From NCBI RefSeq assembly GCF_009914755.1, contig NC_060931.1: 64,000 nucleotides of DNA, one strand, 5' to 3'. The position numbers and the translations under genes were made by a program. This stretch comes from the human T2T-CHM13v2.0 reference genome, Homo sapiens. Position 1 is the first letter of the stretch; every line of letters begins with the position of its first letter. Positions 39,087 through 55,080 of the stretch are shown here, piece by piece. The notes under the pieces were generated by a model. It did no database searches, was not told the DNA's origin, and was given only the letters and a program-made list of their open reading frames with translations.

Positions 39087-40159
39087 GACATGTAAATGCT
39101 TATGATGATTCAAAAAATAGACATTCTCCTAATTTTCTGTTAAAGATTTCTCAACTTTTCTGGAGGAAAACTAACAATGATTATGAAGGGATGCAAAATC
39201 TCATATTCTTTGGCATGACTTCATTTTAAAAACTGTATCCTCAAGAAATAATTAGAAATAAGTAAAAATTAACAACAAATCTATAAAATAGAGTATCATG
39301 TATAATAAAAGAAAATCTTTAAATACATATTATTTATATAGTATTAAAGCCTTTAAATTATAGATCAAGTAATTTTAATACATAGTAAAATGCTAATGAA
39401 ATACTTTAAAGTAAAAAAATAGTTTTTTTGAACTATGATAGTCGTATGTTTAAAGAGGTTTTTCTAGGTGACATTGTTTTTATTTTTTCTTATACACATA
39501 ATTTTCAAAGTTTTTCCAATGGACGTACACATGTGTTACTTTTATAAATCAGGAAAAAAATAAATAAAACAGTGTTGTTCAAAAACCCACCTGTTCTAGT
39601 GGTCATTCCAGCTGCAATGATTTCTTAGCCTTCAGTTATAATAAATACTATCTGTTCATCTGCTTTTTTGTCTTTTGCTTTCCTGAATTGTAATCGTGTC
39701 TTTCCTCTGGCTCTTTTGATCAACATTGTTATTGTTTTTCATGTCCTACTGAAATAATAATGTATTGTGTGGGGTTACAGATCTGCTGAAGTACATAGAA
39801 AAAGATTCTGCAAAACAGCTACTTAAAAAAATTGCAATGCTACAAAAACACAACACACTCCATAAAACATGCTGAGAAGTTATGCTCTTTCACAGATATT
39901 TCAAAGAACCACCCAGAAATGGTAGCAATGCAGCCAAAGCAAAAAGTGTAAGGAGCAAAGAAGAACATAAGCCACAAATCAGAAACTAAGGATCTGAACA
40001 GCTAAAATACACCCAGAATTACTGTATTATTTTAATACAATTTTTAAAATGTTTTGTGTTATCCCTTTTTCAATAAAAGTTACAGCCTAACAAATAGACT
40101 CTCTGGAGCACTTATTATATGAATACATGTTGTTAAATTTTAAATATTTAATGTCCAAT

Positions 40160-43046
40160 GTATGTTGAGCACTATTGATATCTATCCAGGAAATCCACTC
40201 TATTGGCCTGCAACGTAGGAATTTATAATTTCATCAAAACCAACGCCCTGACATTTAGAACAATGTGGGACATGTCTTTATCCTGTTCTGTGCCTCAGGA
40301 AAGTTATCTCTTTATATATTTTATCAACCAGGTTCTCTTGTCCTGTGGATCCTAGTTGAATTTGGACAATGCAAGTTACCAGCAGGAGACCAGAAGGGAG
40401 AGAGGTCTGGTTATTTATTTCTCCTAACCACCCACGATGGGTCATGGTTTGGCAGTGGCAATGGTCCACTATCCAAGACACAGATACTGTTGTGCAACTT
40501 TGATACTATCAACACACCTCTTGAATGTAATCTCTTAATTGTTCCCCATTCTTGCCTATCAAGCCTAGGCGGTTTAAGGGCTTCCCATCAACAATTCTCC
40601 TCAGGTGGTTTTCTATCACCTACTTCTTCCCTTTACTCTGCTTATTCCTATGTACGTACTCACCTTAAACTGTTTAAATCCTCCTTTTAATGAACTATCT
40701 CCTACCTGGAAAACGTTTGACACCTTAATTTTTACCAAATTTGCCTTCAAGAAATAGACCTTCTAAATTGGATTTGGAACTATTCTTCTATTCAATGGAT
40801 GCAAAGATTCTCTTTGTTGAAATTAAATGAGACATTGCGAATTTGTGGCTTGCATTGGTATTAGGCTTACTCAAATTATCACTGGTGGTGGCATGGGTGG
40901 ACGGTAAGGCATTTGCAAAACTTGTGGTAGTGAAGTCTTTCATCACTATGGTGATGATGATTATAAAAACCACATGATGAGCTGGCTTTTTCTGATTAGT
41001 CTAAAAACATGAAAAACAAGAAACACACTGAAAGCCTTGAATTCAAAATTCAAATCATGAGTGGAGAGTCAACTGATTTTCAGGGAGTTCTAAAAAATAT
41101 TAACTTATTTAGCCACAGAGAAGATATGGCTGAATACCCAGCCCAAGGCCTAATGACTAGGGTTAAAAATTCACAATTCCAGTTAAACATGTAACATCTT
41201 CAGTCTCTTCTGCCAAGAGCGGACACAGGCTTACTAGGAATAGCACCCTAAAATATGATATGAGGACATTTGGGCAGACACAGAAAGACAAGATAGAAGC
41301 CACAGAAAACTCAAATCATTCTCAATAGTCCCTAGAAGAGAAAACTGCCTCTTCCCCCACCTTATCCCCCGAGAAAACAAGCCTCTCCTTGTATAAAAAA
41401 CCTGTGAATAACTTCACCAATATCAAGGAGCTACAGATTCTCTTAATTGTCTTTTACGCCAATTTTCCTTGCCTCTAGGCCTATAGAAAGACATATTTCA
41501 ACATGCCCCAGTGTTAGAACTCTAGACTGGAGAGAATGGACAGATGTTTGTACGATTAAATAGATACTGGCTTTTCACTGAGTTTAATTCTTAGAAATCC
41601 AAAATACCACTAATATCCATCAATTAGAGCAGATGCTTATTAAAGTAAGATGATAGGTGGTGTCTTGGCCAGAGTCTGTCTCACAGTGGAACCAGTGATC
41701 CAGCCTGTGGTTATTTACTTAGCACAAGCATTCACAGTAAAAATTATAACAGTAACTGGCAAAACTGGCCACAGTAATTACCTCACCATGGATAAAGAGA
41801 TACTATGATAGAAAATTTCTAATGGAAGGCCATATAAATGTGGCTCTCTATCCAAAATAGTACATTCAAGGCAACACTATGCCTCTTGGAGAATCACAGA
41901 GATTAGCATTATCATTAACATGTTGAAAAATACAGGATTTGCAATTCCTCTCTTGTCCCTATTTAACTGGTCTCTTTAGGCATTGCAAAATGAGATGGAT
42001 CATGAATAATAACTGTGGATTTTCTTGAAGATGATCAGAAGCTGAAGCTAAATTCAGTTGCTCTTCTTGATATGATTGGAGCAAATCATTCCTTGGTACC
42101 TGATATACAGCTTTTGAACAAGAAATTACTTTCTTTTCAATTCTCATCAACAAAGATAAGTAGAAGTAGTTGAACTGTACCTGGAAAGGGTAAAAGAGTT
42201 TTGCTTGCTGGATGTGACATACGGAAATAAGCAAACTTATTGGATACATTGTGATAACATGGCATGATGTCCTTGTAATGGACCAGCAAGATAATCATGG
42301 CTGTCCTGGACTATAATATGACAGAGAGAAGAGTTGACATGGCCCTACGGTAAGGCAGCAAACATATGCTGCTGACTTTTCCAGGTACAGATTGATCATT
42401 TTTTCTTATCTTTGTTAATGGGAATTGAGCTTTAAAATGGTCGATTTCATGGCACGTAAATTATATCTCAGTACAGCTATTTTTTTAAAATAATAGATTC
42501 TGAAGTAGAAAAGGGATGGACAATGAGAATATTCTCCATTTTTCCATCCAGCATCTGGATGGTAAGGAGAGACTTTCTTTCTCTCACTCTTACTTTGGCT
42601 TTCTCTTTCCCACTCTTAGAGGCTTTCCTCGATGGCGAATGTGGAACTCCTTCACTCTTAGCCTTTGTTTGAGTTCAGCCAATGTGAGGCCCAGAAGGCA
42701 ATCATACGACGAAAGGAGAGAGATATCAAGATATCTATTGCCTTTCCTCTCTCCCCTGGGGAATTATAGTTAGTTACTGCCTCTGTTTCTCTATCTACAG
42801 CCATAAGCTCCTATCTGGTAACTTCTCTCTCAAAACTACATCTCCCTGTACATTCAGTAACAGCTGTTTTCCCCTTGTGCTTTCACTCTAGAGATTATAA
42901 TAGGTTCCAGCTGTTGCTAATCTCTGCGTGCTTCACCATGTTTTTGTACTTCCTTAATTCTTCCCACTCTTTTTAAATAATGCCTAATCATTTCTTAAGT
43001 TACCTGTTTGAGGCTACCATTTTCTATCAGAAGGCCAGCAAATAGA
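40160..43046 (+). mobile_element. Internally deleted ancient ERVL provirus (LTR33-type LTRs at ~40160-40722 and ~42523-43046 around gag/pro/pol remnants)
   Basis: Both ends show LTR33-like cores, and PPT-like GAAGTAGAAAAGGGATGGAC precedes the 3' LTR. Protease and RT remnants lie between. Outer boundaries approximate. Confidence 0.75.
41560..42192 (+). pseudogene. pol: ERVL protease and RT N-terminal remnant with multiple stops
   Basis: IDTGFSLSLILRNPKYH*YPSIRADAY*SKMIGGVLARVCLTVEPV (DTG at 41563-41571); KIVHSRQHYASWRITEISIIINMLKNTGFAIPLLSLFN...DGS*IITVDF...GT*YTAFEQEITFFSI. Both are collinear with HERV-L pro/RT. Confidence 0.85.
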
Positions 43047-43049
43047 GAA

Positions 43050-43680
43050 GGTCTCACGGAGATATGAGAAGGTAAGATTGGCAAAAATACTTTTAATGAG
43101 AAAATGAAGCAAACCATATGAATATGTTGGGAAAGAGTGTTCTACACAGAGGCAAGAGCAAACGCTAAAGCCTGAGGGAAGAGTTTAATCAACCAGCTTG
43201 CTTAAGAAGCAGTAAAGAGGCAAATTTGGCTGAAGTGAAACAAGCAAGTACAAGAGTTGTAAGAAATAAGGTTGCAAAGAGCATAGGTTCGATGAGATGA
43301 TGTAAACTAAAGGATGTTGTAGAAATTTTGGAATTTACTCTGAACAATCGGAAGCCATTGGGAGGTTTACGTGTAAAAGTGAAATTATTTAGCAGGATCA
43401 CTCCAGCTGCTAGAGCTGAACAGACCCTAGAGACAAGTGTGGAAGATATAGCTGCAATAATGTTTCAGTAAATAGGCTAGAGATGATGGTAACTAGGATC
43501 AAAGTGATAGCTGTGGAGGTGATAGAAAGTAGGCAAAGTCTCGGTATGTTTTGAAAGTAAAGCCAACAATAGTCGCTTATGAATTGGATAGAGAGTGTGA
43601 GTGAAATAAGAGTCAAGAATGACTACAGCTGTTTTGCTTTGATCAGTGGAAAGAATGGATTCACCATTAATTGAGATGAC
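43050..43680 (-). mobile_element. L2
   Basis: GGAAGCCATTGGGAGGTTT...GGATCACTCCAGCTGCT...AGAGTCAAGAATGACTAC antisense L2. Confidence 0.8.
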
Positions 43681-43786
43681 CTTTGAATTATTTCAAAGGA
43701 ATATAGAATACTCCTTTTACAATCCATACACAACTTAATTCTTCTCAAGAAACATGGTATTTATCGTTAATCTCTTGCAAAATATC

Positions 43787-44384
43787 CAGCAGGTCCTCCA
43801 ATAATGTCATTTCATTCAGTGTTGTTTTGTTGTAGCATTGATGAGAAAATTGAAATCAATTTCAGGTGGGAGCCACTGTCTTGTGTGGTTTGCAGTCACC
43901 TCGTGTCTGTGTGGGTTTTCTCCAGGTACTCCAGTTTCCTCTCGTATCCCCAAGGGGTACATGTTAGGTTAATTGGGGTGTCTCAGTTATCCCAGTATGG
44001 TGACTGTGGGTGTGGGCATGAGTGCTCCCTTGAGGGATGGTGTCCTGTTCAAGGCTTGTTCCCACTTTGCACCTCGAGCTGCCAGGACAGGCTCTGGCTA
44101 CCCACAGTCCTGAACTAGAATAACTGAGTAAATTACCTTACTTGTTTACACTAATCTTTCTTAAAGGTAGGTATAGCTCACATTTATCTCGATGTTTATT
44201 ATTAGAAGTCTTTTGGTCTTTAGTTAGAGATTTGGTCATGTTTTTATGACCAGTAATGTGTGGTAGGAACTAAGCTCTTGTTTGTGTCAACCAGCCTATG
44301 GTAAAATTAGTTTTGTTATATGTTGTTTCACTTGAAGTCGCAGTTTTCAAGAACATATCTACAACTCTAAGTGAGGACTTGCTG
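43787..44384 (+). mobile_element. MER6A (TcMar-Tigger), essentially full length
   Basis: TIRs CAGCAGGTCCTC / GAGGACTTGCTG (11/12 complementary), ~600 bp, with an internal V-SINE-like segment. Confidence 0.88.
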
Positions 44385-44480
44385 TGCAAATGTGTTATGT
44401 ATCATTTTGTTACTTTATGAGGACCCTCTAAATAGCAAACTAGTTGACATTTTCACAACTTACTCATTTTAAAAGTACAC

Positions 44481-44586
44481 GGAGGGGGTGATGGGCACAC
44501 CAAAATCTCAGAAATTACCACTAAAGAACTTATCCAGGTAACAAAAACCCACCTGTTCCCCAAAAACTATAGAAAGGAAAAACAAG
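44481..44586 (+). mobile_element. ~100-bp 3'-terminal L1 (L1PB/L1MA1-2-like) insertion
   Basis: CACCAAAATCTCAGAAATTACCACTAAAGAACTTATCC; TSD AAAAGTACAC (44471-44480, 44587-44596) after TTTT. Confidence 0.85.
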
Positions 44587-46049
44587 AAAAGTACACAGGG
44601 TTTTTATATTATTTTCATAATACAATGTAAACCAAAAAGAATTGTTTGATAGCCACTCAGCCTTTAGACTCATTCATCAAAAACAAAAACAAACAAACAA
44701 AAAAAAAAACAAAAAAACACATTTCCGAGGAATGGCTGGGACCCTGAACATCATAAAACATACCATCAAGAGTACTTTTTAAAAATTCTTAGTTCGTGTG
44801 GTTAGGTCACTGACGTCAAAGCAATGATGTGTCTCACAAGAACAGATGTAAGTTTTCAGATATTTCATAATTGAAATGCATTGTTTTCTCAGTGTTTCAG
44901 TTTACAGTAATCAGAATCTGATGTCTATTTTAAAGAACCTGAAACTATTGCTATAAATGGCCCTACAATTTGCATAAAATATCAATGAATTGATGAGGTT
45001 AAGGTTCTCTATTTTCTTTTTAAAAAGTTAATTGAACTTAAAAACAACTTTATTAAATATTTATGTAGAGGTAAGTAAGTTAAATGATAAACAAACACTT
45101 TCATTCTCCACACATGGATTCATCAAAGTAAAACATGAATGTTGCCTTTAATGCCTCTTAATGCATGCTTTGTTTTGGCTATTTCCATCTGTATAGTTTT
45201 GTTTTAGAGAAATACTTAATGACAGGCAACTGAAAGACTAACTTTTTCATATGTCTTTAAAATTTCAAATGTAAAAGTGACACAGGAAGAGGACATCTAA
45301 GTGCCAGAAATAAGTGCCAGAGTAAATCTGAGTGCCAGAGTAAAAATCACCATTCCAACCATCACAAAAACATAATGTTTTATTAGGGCTTTAGAATGTA
45401 ATGCATTTTTGTTGGAAATGTATTAATTTATGTAATTCTTACAATGATCCTATATGGGCCTATCTAATTAATAAGTGTGTATGGAACATCATGACTCAGA
45501 TTATTATCTATTACATATAATCTATTAAAACAAATCTTCATTTTTACTACATATTCATATCTCTCTAGATATAAAGCTGATAGACCAGCTTTGGATAGAT
45601 CCTCTGAACTATGCTATCTCACCTAAGAACTGAGTATAAAATGGTAACTTCTTGTTGCTTATTAACCAATACTTATTTAAAAATACAGTCATCAGTACTT
45701 CTTATAATGGTATCTGCACATACACTTTATGAATAATAATAGAATTTAATATACAATGAAATCTTGCTAACCTAGGAAGATATAAAAAGCAGATGTGAAT
45801 GAATAAACGATTTAAATTGCCATTTTAATACAGTTGGTCTCAATAAGCAGCATTTTTAAAACCACATTCATGGGTTCTATAATCAGGTATATTATTAAAA
45901 TATATATTTATAATTATTATTTACATATAGGTAGAACTCTGTTTTTCAAACTTTTCTGCCCCATTTTGTTGGCACTATTAATTTGCATTGAGTTTTTTTA
46001 AGTTTATCAGAAGTTAATTTAAATCTGGTTATCAAATTTTCAGTCTAAA

Positions 46050-47365
46050 TTGATGGAATCTAAATTAATACCAGAAACTTGTTCTCAAGTGTCCTAATTC
46101 CATTCCTAACCATCCAGTCTTATTCATAATAACTTTATATCTCTCTTCAATCTATAGATTTATTTTCATATTTATCATATTACCACACACATTAGTCTTT
46201 TTACATCCAGTCTTGAATTGCTCTAAGTGCTTCTGCATACTGCAAAGATGTCTCTGAAATCCAAATCTGATGCATTAATTTGTTTTAACCCCTCGGGGAT
46301 TCCTATTATTCCAAAGATAATATCCAATATCCTTAGTAGAGCTTTAAGGCCCTTTATCTTCTGGCCTCTGTTTATCTTTGCTCCTCATCTGCCCCAAGCT
46401 TTCTAACTCCTAGACTCTAAACCCCAATCAAAATCAAAACAAACCCCTCTATTTTTTGCCTCAGTCATACTGACTTCCTTGAACATCTTGCACTTAACTC
46501 ACACTCCCTCGCTTCCAGTCTTTGCACATTTTTCACCATCCTCCTATCTTTTTAAAAACTGGTTTAGGTGTTCCTTCTGTCAGACGATGTCCTTCCAATG
46601 GATTAATCACTTTTTTTTATTTGTTGATTTCCCCTGACTAACTTTAAGTTTCTTAAGTGTCATCCTCATAATTTTATTCTCAACTCTTAGTGTTTTTTCC
46701 ATGAAAAAATAAAATTGATTCAATGCAACGAAATTAAGTTTCTTATAAAGTGTTTATTTGTAGTTACCAAAAAAAGTTGCTAGCACAATAGAGGATGGAC
46801 AAAACTTATTATTAAAATTACAATGGTAGAAGTTCTTCTGCTTCACTCTGCAGACCTGCTCTTGCAGCACAATAGTCCCATAACAGAAGCCATGGAAATG
46901 ATTTAAAACAAAATCAGATTCTTCTTGCATAATCCAACCCCCATAACCTTCTCCCACCCCATCTCCTACCTCTCTCATCCCTGCTCAAACCTCCCTAGAT
47001 ATTTTGCAGTTTTATGATTGTTGGATCCTACCTTAGGGACCTTGTAGATGTAATTTTCTTGGACCTCAATAATTTGCATAATTCTTTCTCAAATAACACT
47101 CAAAGACAGCCAGCTACCCTAGACACCTCATCTAAAATATCAAGTCTTTATACATACCATCACTCTCTTACCTCTGATGTCTGTGTTTTCCTAATAGTAC
47201 TTTTCAATACCTGATATTACTTTACATATTTATGTATTTATTGACTTCCCTAATTAGCTCATTGGTGGCATGATTTGAACTTGTCATATAAACAGCTGTA
47301 TTTCTATCACCTAGACCAGGGCTTCACACTTAATAGATGTTCAATAAATATTTCTGGAAGGAAGG
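46050..47365 (+). mobile_element. L2 fragments
   Basis: AAATCCAAATCTGATGC...TTTAAGGCCCTTTATCTTCTGGCCTCTG; L2 terminus ATAGATGTTCAATAAATATTTCTGGAAGGAAGG. Confidence 0.6.
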
Positions 47366-47719
47366 AAAAAATAAACAATGAAAGATTTTAAACTGTTAAT
47401 ACTTTTTAAAAGTTTATTTGATGCTTTAAACCAATTGAATAACTGACTTAATCATAAAATCGGGCATGCAGTCATCAGTCCTTTAATTAGTCTCAAATAA
47501 CAGGTTAAATAGTGGATTTGGTGATTACAAATAATCTTGTTAGTATTACAATATATTGTGAATACAGTTATTTATATTATGTTTTAAAATTATAATTATA
47601 ATACTTGTGTATTATAGACAAAGGATGTTTATTAAGTCCTTGGACATTTTTTCCCAATGTTTATATTTTAACAAAGTTGTCTCTGGGGTATTTACTTCAT
47701 AAATATTTGAGAGTTGACC

Positions 47720-48200
47720 ACTGCAGACACTGGTGACAGAGTAGGGACTCCAGCTGGGTCAATAATGATACTTCATTCCCCCAACTTTGGTGGTTCAAGT
47801 GTTGGCAAGTATCCCAATTTGGCCCAGGCAGAATATTTTGGAAGAATTTTTAAACCGGAGAGGTGGTCTCCGTACTCTGTAGCTTCGGAGGTAGGAGGTT
47901 TTGAGTACAGAGCTGCAGATGGCTGTTTTGCTCATTATGCAGAGAAGCCCATCTGTAGTCAAAGATAATAAATATGACTCATGGAGAAAAATAGAAGTTT
48001 GTGATAGACCAAATCCTACAGGCATTTGTTGTGTGGTTTGAACTGCTCTGACTTTGGAGTTACCCTTGCTGCAGCTTCGATGTTTAGCCCTTCCTTCAGT
48101 TTTCTACACTACCGCAATGTATATCTAATATATAGCTTGTTGTTGATTAAGATATTACAAATTGAATTTCTATCTTTACAACTAAGAGTTCTGACTAAGA
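47720..48200 (+). mobile_element. Old MLT1 (J/K/L-like) LTR
   Basis: Ends TTGAATTTCTATCTTTACAACTAAGAGTTCTGACTAAGA, like an MLT1K/L terminus. Confidence 0.55.
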
Positions 48201-49159
48201 GTATTTATGGCAAAATGTCTTTTGAAAATATTAGTGTACTTGAACCCTATGAAATTTTATGATGCTGTTAAAGGAAATAGTGCATAACATTTACCTTGCT
48301 ACCTTAAGTGAACAAATTAAAAAATGGTGTAGATCATGAGATACCATTAGGGCTGGGAGAATTGGGGGAAGAGGGAAAGTTTATATATTGTATTTTTTGT
48401 TTACAATAAGCTTTTATTATCCATTTTTAATTAAAGAAAAATACAGCTATTTAAAAGTAACAAAATAAAGTAGACAATAAAGAATCTGTTTACTAATTTA
48501 AAGCAATTTAGCTTAGAGAATAATAAGGCTGTATCTAGATAGGCAAACCATGTATGTATATCTATTAGGTAAAATATTGTCTTTAAACTCTTACTATAAT
48601 GGCAATCTCACTTTGACCCTTTTTAGAATGCTACAAGCCTCCACTCATAATAAGGCAATCTCAGAGGGGTAAGATACGCTTCTAAGAGCAAATCACAATC
48701 TTGAGTCAAGTTGTTTTACACATTACTTGACTGTCGGAATTTAACAATGTAAAATAGGATATATGTTGCCAAAGGAAAGGAAATAAAAGTCTTCCAATAA
48801 ACAGTTGAAAGAAACACAGAGCTAGGGTTACACATGGCTTATTTTGGATAGAGACAAATTTCGGTCCAATATCCTTTAAACTATATTTTGATATGCAGAG
48901 AGTGAGGCTGCTAGCTTTGTGGTTCAACTGCTCTGTGGATTCATAACAACTGATACATATGCAAGGATTGGTCAGTACTTCGGGTTTAGAGTCTCATAGA
49001 ACTAGGATGTGACTTTCTGGCTGTTGGCAATGAATTAACTTCACATAGAAAATATGTGCTACTCCTCATATCAAGCACTTATGGCATGTAGGTATTACTT
49101 GAACCAGTTTCTGATTCCACATTGCCTGGATCCTTTTTTGCCAAGTAAATATGATATGT

Positions 49160-49390
49160 CAGTGGAAAAGGGCAGGACTTTTGAGTCATTCAAATCCGGG
49201 TTTTAAATGCTGATTCTGCTAAATATAAGCTGTGGGATTTAGGGGTAACTATTTGTCTTATACTTGTTTTCCTAATATGAGAAATGGGTTACTAACGTGG
49301 AACATTCAGAGCTTTTGTTAAATTTAGTATTTTTCTATAAGTAATTAATTTAGCTTTCACCAAGTAAAGTATCATCGTTATTACTTGTTT
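49160..49390 (+). mobile_element. MIR
   Basis: GTGGAAAAGGGCAGGACTTTTGAGTCA...GGGTTTTAAATGCTGATTCTGCTA...AGCTGTGGGA. Confidence 0.6.
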
Positions 49391-50265
49391 TAAGAATATT
49401 GTTTACTCAGACTATTAAAGTGCCCTGTAGCAATATGATTAATTCATTTTGAGTACAGTAAAAATTAACATAAATTATAAATTTTCAGAGATGATTTCTA
49501 TAGGGAAATTACCTGGAACTTAAAAACAGGTGACAGGCCAACAATGGGCATTTATTTGCCCATTGTTGGGCAAATAGAGGCAAGAAGGGACAAGAAGAGG
49601 TTCTATCCTCCATTGGATCAAGATCACACTCAATATTTGATCCTTTAAATTCAAATATTTTAGTATATGTTGTCTTCTAGTTTTTGAAACAAGCTTTAGT
49701 GAGAAAGTTGTGATCTGTAATACATCCTAGGAGACCTTTAGATCCAGAAATTTTACATAGCATTCAATATTTCTATTAATTAAACTTCAAATATTTATTC
49801 CATTGTGCTCTGTGTCTTGGCATTGCAGGACAGATTTCTCAAAATAAATTTGGCCCTTTTATTTAAATTAAGAAAAATTTGTACAAGAGTTTTTTGGAAT
49901 ACTACATCAGGAAAAATAGACACAGAACAGAATGATTATTAAAAATTCCAAATTTTAATGTTAAAAGGTATTAATATCTTAAAATGTATTTTTAAATGAA
50001 TCATAGTATGTAATATGGAAAAATGTAAGGTCTCATATCTTACAAAATCTCATACAAAAATAGCAATAATAAAACAATAACAATAAAATCCAGATTTGTT
50101 TAGAATTTAAGTATAAAAAATTATTTCAAAAATTATGAAAAACTGGAAAGAAGTACAGTTAAAGCAAATTCAGATGATAGCAGTTGACCACACAAAAACG
50201 ATATGTTTCAAGAGGCTTAGGAATGATCTTGAAATTTTACTTCTAGGATTTTATTCTAAATGAGT

Positions 50266-50272
50266 TATTAGC

Positions 50273-50309
<37 letters not shown>

Positions 50310-50370
50310 TAGCTATATATATATATATTTATATATATATTAGCTATATATATATATATTTATATATATA
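50266..50370. repeat. Higher-order TA repeat [TATTAGC(TA)nTT(TA)4] x3 within an old L1M 3' fragment
   Basis: Units start at 50266, 50307 and 50338. Confidence 0.9.
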
Positions 50371-50844
50371 AAATTTTATGTACAAAGATGTTTATAAGTG
50401 AATTAATATTAGCAAAAATTGAAAACAAAACCTAGAACTTAATTCCAAGAATAGAGAAACGTCTAAATTTCATTTGTTACAGACATAAAATGAATAACAT
50501 GTTTTTAAAGATCTTTTGGGAGATGAAAATGCTAATGATACAATATAAAAATATGATACCCAGTGCATTTGTGTTAATAAAAAAAAATAAAAGAAAATAG
50601 AATGTTAATGAATATTTTGGGATGGTGAAATTATGATTATTTTTCTCTTCTATATATTTTCTATATTTTCAATTTTTAAAAGGTCACATGTTAATTTATA
50701 ATTTAAATCAAAATAAACATTGAACTAAATAATAAATACATGGCATACATAGTGGAAGAATATGACTGTTTAACTTCCTATATGTGAGGAAGACTATATT
50801 TTATGTCTTTTTCTTTTAGTTTATATTATCTTTTACCTATAAAA

Positions 50845-53148
<2,304 letters not shown>

Positions 53149-54105
53149 GTTGAATTATCAGTGCCTGGTATATAGTACACACTTAATAAGTATTATTCTT
53201 ATTCTAAGTTATATAAGTTAGAAAGTCTCACTTTACACATGATGATATCAATTTCACCAGCCAAGTCAAAGATGAACAAATGTGTTTTCAAGTGTGTATA
53301 AAATATGCGGTTATGTTTTAAATGTTCTCTTCAGCTCTAAAAAATTCTTTCTTGTGGAATTTTTAGGCCTTGAACAGTTCTAGAATATTACAATGTGCTG
53401 TCCTCATTTTACTTTCACCCCGGGTTGAGAGGAAATTATTACTCCTTTATCTTAGCCACAGATATTTCCTGGCCTTTGGTCATTTTAGGAATTCTCTATT
53501 TTCACAACTCTCACAACAGCTGTTTTTAACAATCTAAGTCTCACACCACAGCCTAAAAACAAACAAAAAAAATCAAGTACAAATTTATCACTAAAACAAT
53601 TTACATTATTGACAACCCTAAATTTATTAAAATGAAAGAAAGACATCAATGTTACTGAAGACAGCCACAAAGATGGTACTAATTTTAGTCTAAGCATTTG
53701 GAAAGATTTTTTTTCTTTAGTTCTGCAGATGCATGGTCAACAGAAGCAGAAAACTCGTTTGTATTTTCCTGTTTTATCTATAGCTTTATAAAGAGAGGAA
53801 TTCCCATTTTGTTGCCACCATTCAATTTCATGTGGTCAGAGTTGTCAACACGAAAGTTCCCATTGTAATGTTCGTTGTCCTGGTACTAGTTTACCTACAG
53901 TTTTGTTCACTCAGAACACCAACTTGCTAGTCTTGCAGAAATAGTTTTTCCAGCACAAAATATAGTCACCTCTGTCTCTGAGAAGTTTGACTTGACCATG
54001 CTTTCTTTATCTGCTCTTAGGAAAATCTCTAGAGAGTTGGCTTATTATGATATGGCCCTTTAGATTTCTTGTGTAATTTTTTATTTTTTAAATAAACTTT
54101 TTCTT

Positions 54106-54414
<309 letters not shown>

Positions 54415-54775
54415 TATGAACTTTTTCTTCCTCATGAGTAGTTCATAGCAGAGTTTAAATATGCTTGCCCATGTAGTATTTAACATCGTATATTGTGATA
54501 TTTCTCAGGTTTTCCTTTCGTGTGACTTTTTTCAAAAAAATTTTTTTTTCTTTATGTGGTAGTTTATACTAAATTTTCCACAGATTCTTTTGAGTGTCTT
54601 TTCACTGTCATAACATGGGCTACTAAAGCCAGTCTGGAGAGTAGGTGAGCCGATACGAAACATAGCATCATTGCTTCTGAAAAGTAAATATAGTGCTGTA
54701 AAGAAAGCTCTAGTCAAATTAGCAAATATTTTCCCAATAATTAATTTATTCCTGCGTCACCAACGAGAAAATTGA

Positions 54776-55080
<305 letters not shown>

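Noticed and set aside
40265-40690. 141-aa ORF
   Set aside because: Lies within the LTR33-like LTR and is not gag/pol-like.
45296-45345. Three short AGTGCCAGA copies (similar micro-duplications at ~13115 and ~16680)
   Set aside because: Ordinary local tandem duplications with no further structure.
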